Assembly: GCA_035221665.1 (NCBI GenBank)
Contig: CM069171.1
Location: forward strand, 3,100,001-3,164,000
DNA from: Okamejei kenojei
Taxonomy: Eukaryota
Reading direction: 5' to 3'
DNA length: 64,000 nt
The translations under genes and the position numbers were made by a program. Each line of letters starts with the position of its first letter. The stretch's first letter is position 1. Positions 13,376 through 27,112 of the stretch are shown piece by piece. Under the pieces are notes generated by a model that saw only the letters and a list, made by a program, of their open reading frames with translations, searched no databases and had not been told where the DNA came from.

Positions 13376-13702
13376 TTAGTTTAATTTAGTTTAGTTTTAG
13401 CTTAGAGATACAGTGCGGAAACAGGCCCTTCAGCCCAGCGAGTCCGCACCGACCAGCAATCCCCACACACTAACACGATCCTACACACACTTGGGACAAT
13501 TTACACATTTGCAAAGCCAATTATCCTACAAACCTGTACGTCTTTGGAGTGTGGGGGAAACCGGAGATCTCGGAGAAAACCCACGAGGTCACGGGGAGAA
13601 CATACAAACTCCATACAGATAAACACCCGCAGTCAGGACTCAAACTGGGTCTCCGACGTTGCAAGCACTGTAAGGCAGTAACTTTACCGCTGCCTTACCG
13701 CG
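13376..13702 (-). mobile_element. HE1-type V-SINE
   Basis: Reverse complement of SINE consensus; (tttag)n tail at 13376-13400. Confidence 0.8.
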
Positions 13703-14660
13703 CTTGCCAATTAGATTGCCAACTAATTACTAAATGTAAAGGAGACACAAGGAGCTGCAGGTGCTGGAATCTTGAGCAAACCACAAAGTGCTGGAGGAAC
13801 TCTGCGGGTCAGGCTGAGTTTGTCCAGTACTGCGTCTCGCAGTAAATGTAACTGGCTAGTTTGGAAACTATGTATGATTAATCGTTAAACAGTGGCACAT
13901 ACCACAGCATATATTATGACACCATCTTGCTGAGAAGTACATTGTCAGGCCAGTTGGCTCTCGTCAATCTGTAGAGCTGCCTCTCCACATATTGACATAA
14001 GCCATCTAAACAACGTGAATTATGTGAGAAATCGATTTTCATTATCCTTGCTGCTGCATGCAGATTATGTTGTGAATTTAAAGCCTGCAGTTTGATCGAT
14101 ACAATAAGCACCGCACCACAACACTTAATCAACAGAGCTATTGCTGGACTGCAGGAACACTGCGGTCGAGTCTAAAGAAGGGCCCCGACTCGAAATGCCA
14201 CCTATCCATGTTCTCCAGAAATGCTGCATGACCCAGAGTTACTCCAGCACTTTGTGTCTTTAAAAATAAAAATAGACTAATGTCTGCAGTTCTTTGTTAA
14301 AGAAGAACAAGATGTGTAGGGTGACAGGAGGAAAAAAAGTAAGACAACAGAAAATACATGAGTGGGGGGGGGGGGGGGGGGGGGGGAGGGGGGAAAAAGA
14401 GGGAAAGAAAAAGAGGGGAAAAATAGAAAATCTGGGGGTAGAAAGAAAAAGAGAGAGGGGCAGAGAAAAGAGAAAGTGAGAGCACCTCTAATAAAGCCTT
14501 GGTAGACAAAAGTGCTGGAGAAACTCAGCGGGTGCAGCAGCATCTATGGAGCGAAGGAAATAGGCAAAGTTTCGGGCCAATCTTCAGACAAGTCTAATAA
14601 AGCCTTGTTGGACATCAATGTCACAAAGTGAGCCAAATGAAATCTACTCTTTAAAGGACA

Positions 14661-14963
14661 CTAGACCAAGTGCAGACCCGCTGGGTCTGTTCCCCCCAAT
14701 GCGCGGGGGGGGGGGGGGGGGGGGGGGGGGGGTTGGTGGAAGGGGGTGAGGGGGGGGGGGGGGTAAGGTTTCCTAAAATATTGTTTTTGGCCAGTGTAGC
14801 AAAGAAATTTGAACTCAAATTAAAATCAGTCGTATACCTATTCTTAGATATTGAGCTGAACCTCGTGCCCTGTGTTTTTGCACACACATAGTTGATTTCC
14901 AAATTTCTCTTTTCTCATTAAAAATCACAGCAAATGTTGTTTTAGTTACCGGTCTCAATCTAG
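14661..14963 (-). mobile_element. Candidate non-autonomous Helitron-like element
   Basis: Minus strand ends with hairpin cagaccc-agc-gggtctg, 8-nt spacer, CTAG, then T. The far boundary is uncertain (another CTAG at 14960-14963). Confidence 0.45.
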
Positions 14964-17327
14964 TGCATTTATTGGGAATCACAGACAAACAGTCAAGGTC
15001 CATTGGTGATCAATGATTGCCGTGGACTGGATGGGCCAAAGGGCCTGTTCCCTCGCTGTATCTCTAAACTAAGGCCCGACACTGAACACTACAAAGATCG
15101 AAAGAAAAAGGCAAGGACTGGGTAACATGATCTGCTTCATCAAATGGAGAGGGAAAACAAGAGCAGGAGACCACACTGGATCTGGATTTCAGTACAGTAA
15201 CGCTGATGAAAGGAAGTAGAGCTTATAAAATATTGTTTGGCATTTAGCGAGAACATGAGAAGAAAATTCAAAACATCTGCAACGAGAAGGAAGGAGACAG
15301 ACAAGGAATATATCCAAACAGTGACACGAGAGGTTTGCCAAGGGGCAAGTCGGGGCCTGCTGTCATGCAAGAGTCTTCTACTTCCATTCCAAGAGGGAGA
15401 CAGCTGCCAAGATAGCTCTGGAAACAGTTTACAACTCTTCTTCAGCTTTACTAAAAGCAAAGGACTGTTAAGTAGTAAAGAAGCATTTGGCAAAAGAGGA
15501 GGAAATAAGCTTATAATTCTTGTATGCAGCTTTAGCAATAGAGGAGATTATGGGAGTTCCAGGAGACTGGAGCACATCATGCCAAGAAGATTTTGGATAC
15601 AGTCACAGCAAGGCTATACTTGTCTTAAGAATACGGCGCTTTGAAGGTCTGAAACAAAAATAGAATGTTTCTGTTGCTGTTCCAATGAAGAGCAATGGCA
15701 ACATTAAACACTTCATTAAGGAGCAGCAAGGGAAGCGAATAGGAGGAATTTGGTGTGGTAGTTTCGGCAAAAGAATAGATGCATGGAGTTTAGCAATCTG
15801 AAAAGGCAAATGTGGAGAGAAAAGAGCTTAGAGTTCCTATAGAAGCAATCAAAGAAAGAGTCACCAGATAGATGTTATAAAAAGGTGCGCAGTAAGTAAG
15901 TAACACTAACTACATAACAACGAGAAGCCATGTCGAACGCATCTAATGATGTCTTCTGGAAAGCTTTGAAGATGCAAAGAATGATCAATATTTCTTTAGG
16001 GCAATAAATTATAAGAATGATTATCCAACTTTAAAAATAATGATTTGGGCTTCTAGATTTCTTTATTTTTGATGGAACATTTCAGATGGTCCTCATCTCA
16101 AGACTCCTGTTGAGCTAAGTAAATAGACACAAAGCTGGAGTAACTCAGCAGGTCAGACATCTCTGGAGAAATGGAACAGGTGACGCTTCGGGCTGAGACC
16201 CTTCAGTCTTTTCTCCTACTCCAGCTTTTTGTACCCATCTTTGGTTTAAACCAGCATCAGCAGTTCCTTCCTACATAATTGACTGCAAGATGCCTCAAAT
16301 CCAACTGAAAGCAAATTTCCATTTATCAAAGATACATTATGCCCATTTTGTAGCCGATTACTTTCATTTTTAAACACACACAGCCTGAAATAGTGTGCAC
16401 ATCTCAGCTGGTGAATCTCCACAATCCAGAAATGGGGTTCAATGGGTTTTGATTTCACGTCCCCATCAAAGCTTTTCACAAAGAGTCTTAACAACATTGT
16501 CAAACTTTTAAATCAACCAGAATTTATACGAAAATATTATTCAGCAATTTCCCGACTATAGATCAGGTAGATGCACAGAGTCTCTTGCCCAGAGTAGGGG
16601 AATCGAGGAGCAGAGGGCATGGGTTTAAGGTGAAGGGGAAATGATTTAATAGGAATCTGAGGGGTAACTTACTCACACAAAGTGTGGTGGGTGTATGGAA
16701 CAAGCTGCCAGAGCAGGCAGTTGAGGCTGGGACTATCCCAATGTTTAAGAAACAAACAGGTACATGGATAGGACAGGTTTGGAGGGATATGGACCAAACA
16801 CAGGCAGCATCTCTGGAGAAATGGAATAGGTGACATTTTGGGTCGAGACCCTTCTTCAGACTAAGAGTCAGGGGAAAGGGAAATGAGCCCTTTCACTATT
16901 ACAACTTCCACTACTTACACCATTGCTTAAGCCTGATATTACTCTCTTACTTGCCATAGATTTTTTACATTTTCATCCACGGTGAGATAACTCAATTTCT
17001 GCTGCCCTGCCCAATCTCTAGCTAAAATCAATGGCCTTCTTACTTTAATAGGCCTGGGTGTTGTCAAGGGCAGCAAGACAACAGGCTTAATTAAACCTGT
17101 TTTTTTTGTTGAATGAACATCCAACTCCACATAGATCCTGTTACATTGTCAGCTGGGTTCTTTCCTTCACAAAATATCAATAAGTAACACAAAGTATCAC
17201 TGACATTCAACCCCCCACATCAGAACCCACGGCACTTAATCTCACATATATGAGGAATCCTGATACTGTTCGGAATGCCGTTTCATCATTACTCCAATTC
17301 AATGGGACAGGCGAGAGAGAAAAATGA

Positions 17328-17525
17328 AGGGCCTGTCCCACTTACACGATTTTTTCGGCGACTGCCGGCACCCGTCTTAGGCGCAGCAGGTCGCCGAAAA
17401 TTTTCAATATGTTGAAAATCCAGCGGTGACCAGAAAAAGGTACGACTCTTTGGGCGACTACTCACGACCACAGGCGTCACCCCGCGACATGTCGCCGAAA
17501 AAAGCACGCAAGTGGGACAGGCCCT
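17328..17525. mobile_element. Non-autonomous PIF/Harbinger-like MITE
   Basis: Perfect TIRs agggcctgtcccactt / aagtgggacaggccct flanked by 3-bp TSD TGA (17325-17327, 17526-17528). Confidence 0.85.
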
Positions 17526-17832
17526 TGACTCCCTTAAATAGCCTGTCCACTACAGGAAGTATCCAGGAGTATGATAATATGAATGATGACTATTAAAACA
17601 TTGTTCATTTATTCTCCATTCCAATGATAGCACATTTTGTAACGGGATGCTGTACAAAATTTCACAGTATTTGCTTTAGTTGCTGGAGACCAACACTGGC
17701 ATATGCGCCTTCTCTGAACAAAGATCAGCGGAACAAAATCTCTACATGGTTTAGAAACATTAAAATAACATAAAACCCCCATAAATTGTTCCAAGATATC
17801 ATAAGTTTATATTTGTAAGAACATAAACCACA

Positions 17833-18110
17833 GGGGTGGCACAGCAGTTGAATTGCTGCCTCACAGCACCAGAGACCCCGGTTCAATCCTGACTACGGGT
17901 GTGGTCTGTATGGAGTTTCTACGCTCTCCCTGTGACTCAATCCAGGAGCGCCAGTTTCCTCCCACACTCCAAAAAAAACATACACATCAGTAGGTTAGTT
18001 GGCTTTGGTAAAATTGTAAATTGTTCCTAGTGTGTAGGATAGTGCTAGTGTACAGGGTGATCGCTGGTCTGTGAGCCGAAGGGCCTGTTTCTCCGTCTCT
18101 AAAGTCTAAA
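17833..18110 (+). mobile_element. HE1-type V-SINE
   Basis: ggtggcacagcag..ggttcaatcctgactacggg..gccgaagggcctgttt. Confidence 0.8.
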
Positions 18111-19634
18111 ACCAATTTACTCCAAAAATGCAAGTCCTTTTCACCTTATACCTCATTGGCAGTTTCAGCAAAACAGAAGGAAAAATGGACATGAATCATA
18201 ACTTCCCAAAGTAAAACAGCATTGTGCTTTCAAGCTTATTCTCAAATTGGAGGCACATAACAAGTTATCAGACGCACAGTTTAAAATCTATATCACTCGT
18301 GTGGCTCCAATTAATTGGATACATTGTGATGTTTCTCAATGAGCAGTTTGTTTCAGGAGGCAGCAATTCACTCCATTCAACACAAACAAGATTTCTATTT
18401 ACACAGATGTTGCTCAGCCTGATAAATACATGAATAAATGAGTTTCAGTTCAAATTTAAAATTTCTAGCGTCTGTAGTATTTTCTTTTAAGTGTGGGCGT
18501 GTTCTATTCAGATCTGTGCCTGGTAGGTAGCTTTTTAAAGTTACTACAACACTCAATTTGGTTAAATGTAATAAAAACTGCAGATGTTAGTTGTAGGAGT
18601 AGACCATTCGGCCCTTTGAGCCAGCACCGCCATTCAATGTGATCATGGCTGATCATCCCCAATCAGTACCCCGCTCCTGCCTCCTCCCCATATCCCCCGA
18701 CTCCGCTATCTTTAAGAGCCCTATCTAGCTCTCTCTTGAAAGTCAGGGAGGGTCCCAGTGTGAAACCTCACCCATCCATTTTTTTCAGAGACACTGCCTG
18801 ATACGCTGAGATACTCCAGCACTTTGTGTCTAACTCGAATTTGGTTGTTATTCTGAAATGGACCATATTGTTTAAGAAGGAACTGCAGATGCTGGAAAAT
18901 CGAAGGTGGGCAAAAATGCTGGAGAAACTCAGCGGGTGAGGCAGCATCTATGGAGCGAAGGAAATGGGCAAATGGGTTGAAACCCGAAACGTTGCCTATT
19001 TCTTTCGCTCCATAGATGCTGCCTGACCTGCTGAGTTTCTCCAGCATTTTTGTCTATCATATTTTTACATTCATGTTTTTGCTTCTGGTGTATTCTTCAG
19101 AATAAAACAGAATTGAATCGGCCCAAAATTTAACAGAGTTCAGCATTCCCATAATCAACAAGATTAAAAAAAAACCCACGAATATAACATTTTCACTCTG
19201 AATACACCCGACATTGGTTGTAATAATTAACATAAAAATAACATGAAAATAAATTGTCCAGGATGTGGGAAAGGCCTGAATTTATTCCTGGTTTTCAATT
19301 CCCCTGAACAGAGAGGTGTGGCAATGAATCACCAATAGGGTTGGTAAAAAACAGCAGAATGAAGGATGCAATTGAACCAGATGTCCCTTTGCAACAAGCT
19401 AATTATTTCATTGTCAAAGGAAAATAATCTAAAATGTAACTTCAACAGTCAGCCATGGAGGGATTTGAATTCGGGTCTCTGTATTACCTGCCCGATAACC
19501 AAACCACTAGATCCTCTGCTTCCATTTATTTTAATAAATTTGGTTGGCAGTTCACTCTGAATTAGGTACTTATATGGCCAAATTTCAATAACAAATAAGG
19601 TCCCACTGAGTTAATGAGCTTCTGTGGGTGCAGT

Positions 19635-19688
19635 GGGGTGGGAGATTGCAACCTTTACGTGGTCCGCCCTGTTTCAACGAATGCTATC
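19635..19688 (+). ncRNA. Minimal HDV-like ribozyme fold (partly degenerate copy)
   Basis: P1 GGGGUGG/CCGCCCU, P2 GAUUGCA/UGCUAUC (1 mismatch), P3 ACC/GGU, L3 UUUACGU, J4/2 CGAA. Confidence 0.7.
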
Positions 19689-19748
19689 AATCTGGTGTGC
19701 GCGATCAAATAGAACAAATTGTCCTACAACTTTAGGCATACGCAAGAA
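19635..19748 (+). mobile_element. 114-bp non-autonomous retroelement with 5' HDV-like ribozyme (copy 1)
   Basis: 11-bp TSD gtgggtgcagt (19624-19634, 19749-19759); aagaa tail; homologous to 42105-42241. Confidence 0.85.
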
Positions 19749-19984
19749 GTGGGTGCAGTGACATGCTGATCTGTCACTGGATTGCAGCTAAGTAAAAGGT
19801 ACCGATTCAGAGGCGCATGTTTGAATCCCACATTGGGCATGTAAAGTCATGTCATTAAATGCATTTGGAATAACAATACTAATCTCAGCACAGAACTACT
19901 GGATTGTTGTTACAAATTCTTCTCATGCCTGACTATTAGTCAGGGAAGGAAACCTTCAAACCTCACCTTTCTGCCCTACATGTG

Positions 19985-20580
19985 TCATTGAGGCATTGAG
20001 TATAAGAGTCAGGCGATCATGATGCAGCTTAATTGGACTTTGGTTAGGCCACATATGGAGAATTGTGTGCAGTTCTGGTCGCCCCATTGCAGGTGGGATG
20101 TGGAAGCTTCGGAGAGGGTGCAGAAAAGCTTTACCAGAATGCTGCCTGGTTTTGAGGTTATTAACTATAAAATGGCGATTGGGCAAACTTGGATTGTTTT
20201 CTCTGGAACGTCTGAGGTTGAGGGGAGACTGGATAGAAGTTTACAAAATTATGAGAGGCATAGATAGGGTAGAAAATCAGAACTGGTTTCCCCAAGGACG
20301 AAATGTCAAAGACTAGAGGGGAGAGGGGTTTAAAGTGAGAGGGGCAAAGTTGAAAAAGGTGATGTGCAGGGCAAGTTTACAGACAGACACACACATGGTG
20401 GGTGCTTGGAACACACTGCTGCATTGGTAGTGGAGGCAGCTGCAGGTACATTAGTGCCATTTACGAGGCTTTTAGGTAGGCACCTGGATGTAAAGGGGAT
20501 GGAGGGATATGTATCACATGCAGGTAAAGAAGATTTGTTTAACTTGGCTTCACGTTCGGAGTGAACATCGTGAGCCAGAG
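19985..20580 (+). mobile_element. Older CR1-type LINE 3' fragment
   Basis: LVRPHMENCVQFWSPH..LGLFSLERLRLRGDWIEVYKIMRGIDRV with frameshifts. Confidence 0.8.
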
Positions 20581-23250
20581 CACATGCAGAATTTGCTGTT
20601 CTACATTCTGCATGTGCAACTCCAGATCCACAAATGCGTGCGACTCTACTGCCTGCAGATCCCGGGGACAATAAATACCACCACCAGCAGCGTCTACGTT
20701 GCAAAGACAAACAACCGCCAGTAAAGGACATTGTCTGTTGTTTGTCATCACTGAGCCTGCGCATCATGCCTACATACCCATGCACAATAGACCATTGTGA
20801 AGCCAGGGTTTGTATAGAGAACAAATTGAAACACAGAATACAACGGTGCCAGAGTAAAAAGAGAAGACAAACCACAAAATGTATAAACCCCTCAGAATGA
20901 GACGAGAGTTGAATACCCTTTTCTAATTCTCAGGACTGTTGGACAGTGGGTGAAATCAAATTCCTCTGCATTGTATTTGGATGCCTGGAATTTTAATTCG
21001 AACGTCATTCACATTCCACCGTTTGCCTGTTGTTATGCTGCAAGAAACAAAAGCTAATGGCTTTAATCAGTCCCCCTTCAATGCAATTTTGCCTTGGTGC
21101 CTTGCATGGAATAATCAAAGCTGTGAACAGATGAAATGAAGAATGGCTGTTGGATTGGTCAAACAGTTAGTAAGAGGAATAAGCACCTCAAGGCTCGGAC
21201 AGAGTCCTGGTCTTTACTATCAAACCCACCCGCAAACCACAGGAGATAAAATAAAATGAAAGATTGTGAGAGCAGCGAAGGATAAAGCATGCAATAACTA
21301 GGTAGTAGTTTCCAACAGTAACCTTATAAATGTACATACTCAAAAATATCCATCTTTATATTAAAATAACTACCGTCATTGAAAATAACAGATACAAGGA
21401 ACTACAGGTTTTGGTTTACAGAAAAACAAAGCATTGCAGTAACTCAGCGGGTCAGGCAGCATCCTGGAACTTACTCCAGCCATTTGTTTTTATTGAAAAT
21501 GAATTGATGAATGTGACAAATTTGGTGATTAGAACAAGATATTTTCAAGTTGCCTATTTTTCCCCCCCATTTAATTTACATTTTTTATGTTTCAGTTAAT
21601 CCACTTTGCATTTACAATCATTTGGAGGAGGCGAGCTGGGTTGACAATAATACATTCACACTCTTTAATAACTAGGTCTCTAATTTCTTGACTCCAACAC
21701 ACACACAGCAAACAGGCACTTGACAATCATTCAGCAAAATGGAAAGGCACTTGTCTTGACGTGCAGTGCTCCGTCCTGCATCAAGGCACTTTTGTAGCAA
21801 GGAACCACCAACACACCCGTCACCACTCACTTTCTAGCCGCCTCCTTTATTTAGGCATTGGCAAAACTATCCCCAACCTGATACAAGGGCAGGACAAATT
21901 CTGGACATGCAAATCCCATAAATGCAAATCCCAACTGAAATAAAAGTGAAAAAAAAAAAAAAATTAAAAATCCGCTGCTCACTCTCCCGCCTGCCGATGA
22001 GTTTTCCTGCCCTCCTCACAAGGCAAAGTTCTGATTCTGCCCATTTTCTAAGAAAAATATGGCAGGTGTCTGTTCATCACACACAAAAAAAAACAGGATC
22101 CAAGGAAACAAAGCATCGTACGTTACAGGGCCATCAATGAACCTATTGTGAGCTGCCAAAAAGTGTCAAGAAAGAAGCTATTTTCTGTTTCGTCTCTTTT
22201 CAATCTGTACAAAGCATTGTGTTTACAATAAAGTGTAACGTGACACAAACTCAAATGGTTGCTATGTAAAAAAAAAAAATGTTGATTGCTCCCGATAACA
22301 GTTCTGGGTGGCAACACATTCCTCAGGATCAGGTGTGCTATATTTGTCCGCCACTCCTAAAAGAACTAAAGCAATGGCGATATAGCAGGAAGTTTGTTTC
22401 ATCTGGTGGCAAATCAGAACAAAATGGCACATGACCAATTATACAATTCCATTATAGACACAAAATGCTGAAGTAACTCAGCGGGACAGGCAGCATCTCT
22501 GGAGAGAAGGAATGGGTGGAATTCAGGAATTCAGATAAGAAGAGTCTCGACCCGAAACGTCACCCTTTCCTTTTCTCCGGAAATGTGCCTGACCTGCTGA
22601 GTTCACCAGCAATGTGTGTCTATCTTTGGTATAAACCTGCAACGGTAGTTCCTTCCTACACACATATAATTCCATTGGCTTAAATAGTCCTGGGCAGCAT
22701 CTCGATATGTCACATAATCGCAATTTAACAAGTTCTGAAAGAACACATGTGCCTTATGTTGCTTCAACACAATGTTTTCAAAATAGCCACGATAACCGTT
22801 TATGTAAACTCCCGAAAAATATTCAACTAACTCATGAGAATTTAGTGGGCTTTGGAAAGCAGAATTTGGATGTGTTTTGCATTAATTTTCAACAAATGTA
22901 AGTAGTTGTACCATTACAATTTTAACAAGAGGGAACGCTAATTGTTAATACAAGTGTATACCTATTCGTATTCTATTCCTTCTCTCCAGAGATGCGGCCT
23001 GACCCGCTGAGTTACTCCAGCATTTTGTGTCTCTCTTTGTCAATACAAGTGACAGTTACTGTGTGGATCAAAGCTGCTTTTTCTGGATGCACGCAGCAAG
23101 TTTGCTTTCTGTGACATATTTCCAAAATATTGATAATGACAGGCTGCTGGAATGCAAGAGGAATCTAGCTGGGATATGCTGAAAATGGTACGGAATAGAA
23201 ATCAACTCGATCTTCATGTCTCAGGTAGCACAAATGCCCATTCCATAACG

Positions 23251-23577
23251 GGCATCATGGTGGCGCAGCGGTGGAGTTGCTGCCTTGCAGCGCTGGAGAC
23301 CCGGGTTCGAACCCGACTACGGATACTGTCTGTACGGAGTGTGTATGCTCTCCCAAGGAGTTTTCTCCCAAATCCTCGGTTTCCTCCCACGTTTCAAAGA
23401 CGTACAAGTTTGTAGGTTAGTAGGCTTCGTATAATTGTAAATTCATTATTATTGGTATAATTGTAAATTCTCCCTAGTGAGTGTAGGTTAGTGTTAATGT
23501 GCATGGATCGCCGGTCGGTGCGAACTCGGTGGGCCGAAGGGCCTGTTTTCTGCGCTGTATCTCTAAACTAAACTAAA
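23251..23577 (+). mobile_element. Full-length HE1-type V-SINE
   Basis: tRNA-derived head (ggtggcgcagcgg..ggttcgaaccc), V-domain, LINE-like tail ending gtatctctaaactaaactaaa. Confidence 0.85.
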
Positions 23578-25722
23578 TCGAGTCTGGAATGAACATGGAT
23601 CTTTTGCTGCATCGAGCTACTAGAACATTTAATTGCACCCAGCATATGATGAAAATGAATTTTTATGGCAGTTTACAAGGGATGCTGCAGTGGGCAAAGG
23701 GCGTGACTGGGGTAACATTCAGAGCAATTAATCAAAACATAAGTCTGACTCGGGTATCAAATGAACTACTAGAAAGCTGATCGTTTGGTATGATTCAGAA
23801 CTGGCACCTTCCTTCAAACCACTGAGAAGATGCCATCTTCTAGATACTACGCACAGTTGCAGCATTATTTCAGAAAGGGGAAAGTGCTTTTATGAAAAAT
23901 TACAACAATCACTACATAAAAATAATTTTATGGGCTATAAATTTAGAAGCTGTAAAGCTATAACCTATTTAGAGGTTGGGCGTATTCCTGTAACTCTGCA
24001 TCCGCAACTGCGAAGCTATTACTGCACAGATTGCACTGGTTTAAGCCAGCACCTCACAAAGAGGAATTAATGATGGAAATTAAATGCTAGTCTTGCCTAC
24101 ATCCCATAAATTAACAATGAAAACAATAAATCAATAATGGAGCATTCACTGGTTTCACAGGAAACCACGATAAGGCATCTTATTGCGTGCGAGTACATCG
24201 GGAAATAGAAACTTTGGCAAAGGATTGCAATTACCATATAGGACACCCCTACATTCTTCTGTTCTTGGATTAGCTAAAGTGATGATACATGTTCCAGCCA
24301 AAACATGATCAAAGCAGTTATCTGTAAATTCTGGTAGTTTTGCTGTCAAATCACAGTTCAGTGGACTCGAGGGAATGGATTCAAAAGAAGTGTCTTTGTA
24401 CGTCTTGTTGCGCAGTGCAGAATACGCGGCTGCTTCAGCTGGGAATGAAGTCAGCAGAGAGTTCACATCTGTCAGGAAGAGTCGGGTTCACATCTGTCTG
24501 ACCTCCCAGTTGAAGTACTCAACTGATTATTTTTTGGGAACAGGAAGAGGAACATGCCTAACTCGTGGCGTCAGCTAACTAATGCATGTTAAGTCATAGA
24601 TGACTGAGAATTTCCAATTGGCTTTAATCAGCTATTTGAATGAAATGCATAAAATGTTGCTTCAATTAGATGTATATTAACTGATTCATAATTTTAAAAC
24701 AATCAAAGCCATGACTTGTTCCATAGGAGACAGGCTAATGAATTGCTCAGACTAATCATTAGATCCAAAAGCAGATTTTTGTTTGAAGTGATCACTGCTT
24801 GCAGGCATCTCTGGTCGCTTGTGCATGTTCAACAGATGGGAGGAACTCCAGAGTTAGCCGATCCTCATCAGCATGGTCGGTGTCATGCACTTGGACATCT
24901 TTAATTTGATGCAGAACTAGTTGGTACTTTCCCAGTCCGATCTCAGGTTCCAGTTTGGGAACTACCTCAGCTGTACATGAGCTACCACAGATGGCCTCAG
25001 TGTCTCAATGTTAAACTATTGTTGACCAAACAAGAGTCAAGAGTGTTTTAATGTATCCCAAAACGGAACAATTAAATTCCTACTTGCAGCAGCACAACAG
25101 ATATGTAAACATAGTAGTATGTAAAACTCATAATAAACAAAATGTTCAGTATGAAAACAAACAATGACAAAAAGGTTGAACAGATACTTGTTACGATAAA
25201 AAAGGCAAAGTGTTGGGTCTCTTCTTCAAACCGAGCCTCGACAATGTTCTGAGTCGGAACCCTTCTTCATCTAACTTGTTGATTCTTCCGCCTGAAGAAG
25301 GGTCCCGATCCCAAACGTTATCTATCCATGTTCGCCATAGATGCTACCTTACCCTCAGAGTTATTCCAGCACTGTGTTTTTTTTTTAAACAACAAAAAGT
25401 ACTTGTGTGAACACTGCACATATATTTGATTAGCTTACATTTTTCTATGATTACAACTACTTAAATTCAGGTGCACAATGATATCATTTCTTTGGTGAAC
25501 TTCCAAAAACCTAGGAATTATACCTAGCACAGAATCTTGGTTGACTTGCCTTTCCCTGGGCAAATATTATTGCAATGACAAGGATTCTGCAGTCACGCCA
25601 ACAGGTAAATCCACTAACTGAGCCAAGACGTGGCTTTCAAGCTTGTAACCTCCCGACTATGTGCAGAGATCACCTGCCTCTTCGACAACATTGAAACACA
25701 TTGCCTCGCAGTACTCAAAGTA

Positions 25723-26025
25723 GGGCGGTCACGGTGGCGCAGCGGTAGAGTTGCTGCCTTACAGCAAATGCAGCACCAGAGACCCGGGTTCAATCCCGAC
25801 TACGGATGCTGTCTGTACGGAGTTTGTACGGTCTCCCTAAGGGCTTTCTCTGAGATTTTCGGTTTCCTCCCACACTCCAAAGATGTACAGGTTTGTAAGT
25901 TAATTGGCTTGGTAAATGTAAAAATTTTCCTTAGTGGGCGGGTGTAGGATAGTGTTAATGTGTAGAGATCGCTGGTAGGCGGGTACCCGGTGGGCTGAAG
26001 GATCTGTTTCCGCGCTGTATCTCTG
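25723..26025 (+). mobile_element. Full-length HE1-type V-SINE
   Basis: gggcggtcacggtggcgcagcggtagag..ggttcaatccc..gcgctgtatctct. Confidence 0.85.
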
Positions 26026-26811
26026 ACCTGTATCTCTGACTCAAAAATCACAGTGAAAATGATTTGTTTGATGATAAATTACTGCAATGAAGAAAAACAG
26101 ATAATCCAAGGACTATGTTAGATTCTTCAGTAATTATCACCCAACACCCTCCTTTCACTGTCACTTCTGAAATGATTCATTTAAAATCTCTCTCCCCCGT
26201 GTGTCAGCTTTCACTCATCACCACATGCATTGCTTTACTGTTGTTGTTTTCGGGTAAAGAGCTTAATGAACTCAATGTGCAGCCTTCAATCAACCTGCAG
26301 GTTCCATAGGAAGAAGATTAACAACGACCAAATCCAAAGTCTTGGAAGATGCCAGCTTTCAGTAGCTCAGCACCTGTGAAGCTCCCTGGCGTGCAGCGTC
26401 TGTGTAACAGTTGGGTCAAATCCTCTTTAAATTACAGATCAGCAGCAATGCTGAACATCCCAACCGAGGGGGTAATACTCATCACCTTCGAGAACAAATA
26501 AAATACTGCAGATGCTGCAAAATACACCATCGAACAGTCACACGACCTGGTCAACTCTCCCTTCCTCGTCTAATGTTACAAGCATTATGTTTTTGTTCCC
26601 TTGCTCCTTTCAACTCACTGCATGCAAGCCAGGGATCAAGTAGTCATATAGCTGGGAAACAGGCCCTTCACCCCGTCTGATCCATGCCAACCAAGATGCC
26701 ACAAAAGAGTCCCATTTGCCCGCATTTGGCCCATAACCTTTCATATCTAGTGCAAGGACCACCAACTGTCTTGTCCTCAAGACATCACCACTAACTTGAG
26801 TTAATGGCGAT

Positions 26812-27112
26812 GGACCACAGTCTTAGAATAAAGGGGAGGTCATTTAAGACTGAGGTGAGAAAAAAACTTTTTTACCCGGAGAGTTGTGAATTTATGGAAT
26901 TCCCTGCCACAGAGGGCAGTGGAGGCCAAATCACTGGATGGATTTAAGAGAGAGTTGGATAGTGCTCTAGGGGCTAGTGCAGTCAAGGAATATGGGGAGA
27001 AGGCAGGCACGGGTTATTGATAGCGGACGATCAGCCATGATCACAATGAATGGCGGTGCTGGCTCGAAGGGCCAAATGGCCTCCTCCTGCACCTATTTTC
27101 CATGTTTCTATG
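26812..27112 (+). mobile_element. CR1/HER1-type LINE 3' end
   Basis: cacagtcttagaataaagggg..ctggctcgaagggcc..tttctatgt. Confidence 0.85.

Noticed and set aside
23258-23320. tRNA-like A/B boxes (also 12875, 25733)
   Set aside because: SINE heads continuing into V-domain and LINE-like tail; no complete cloverleaf.
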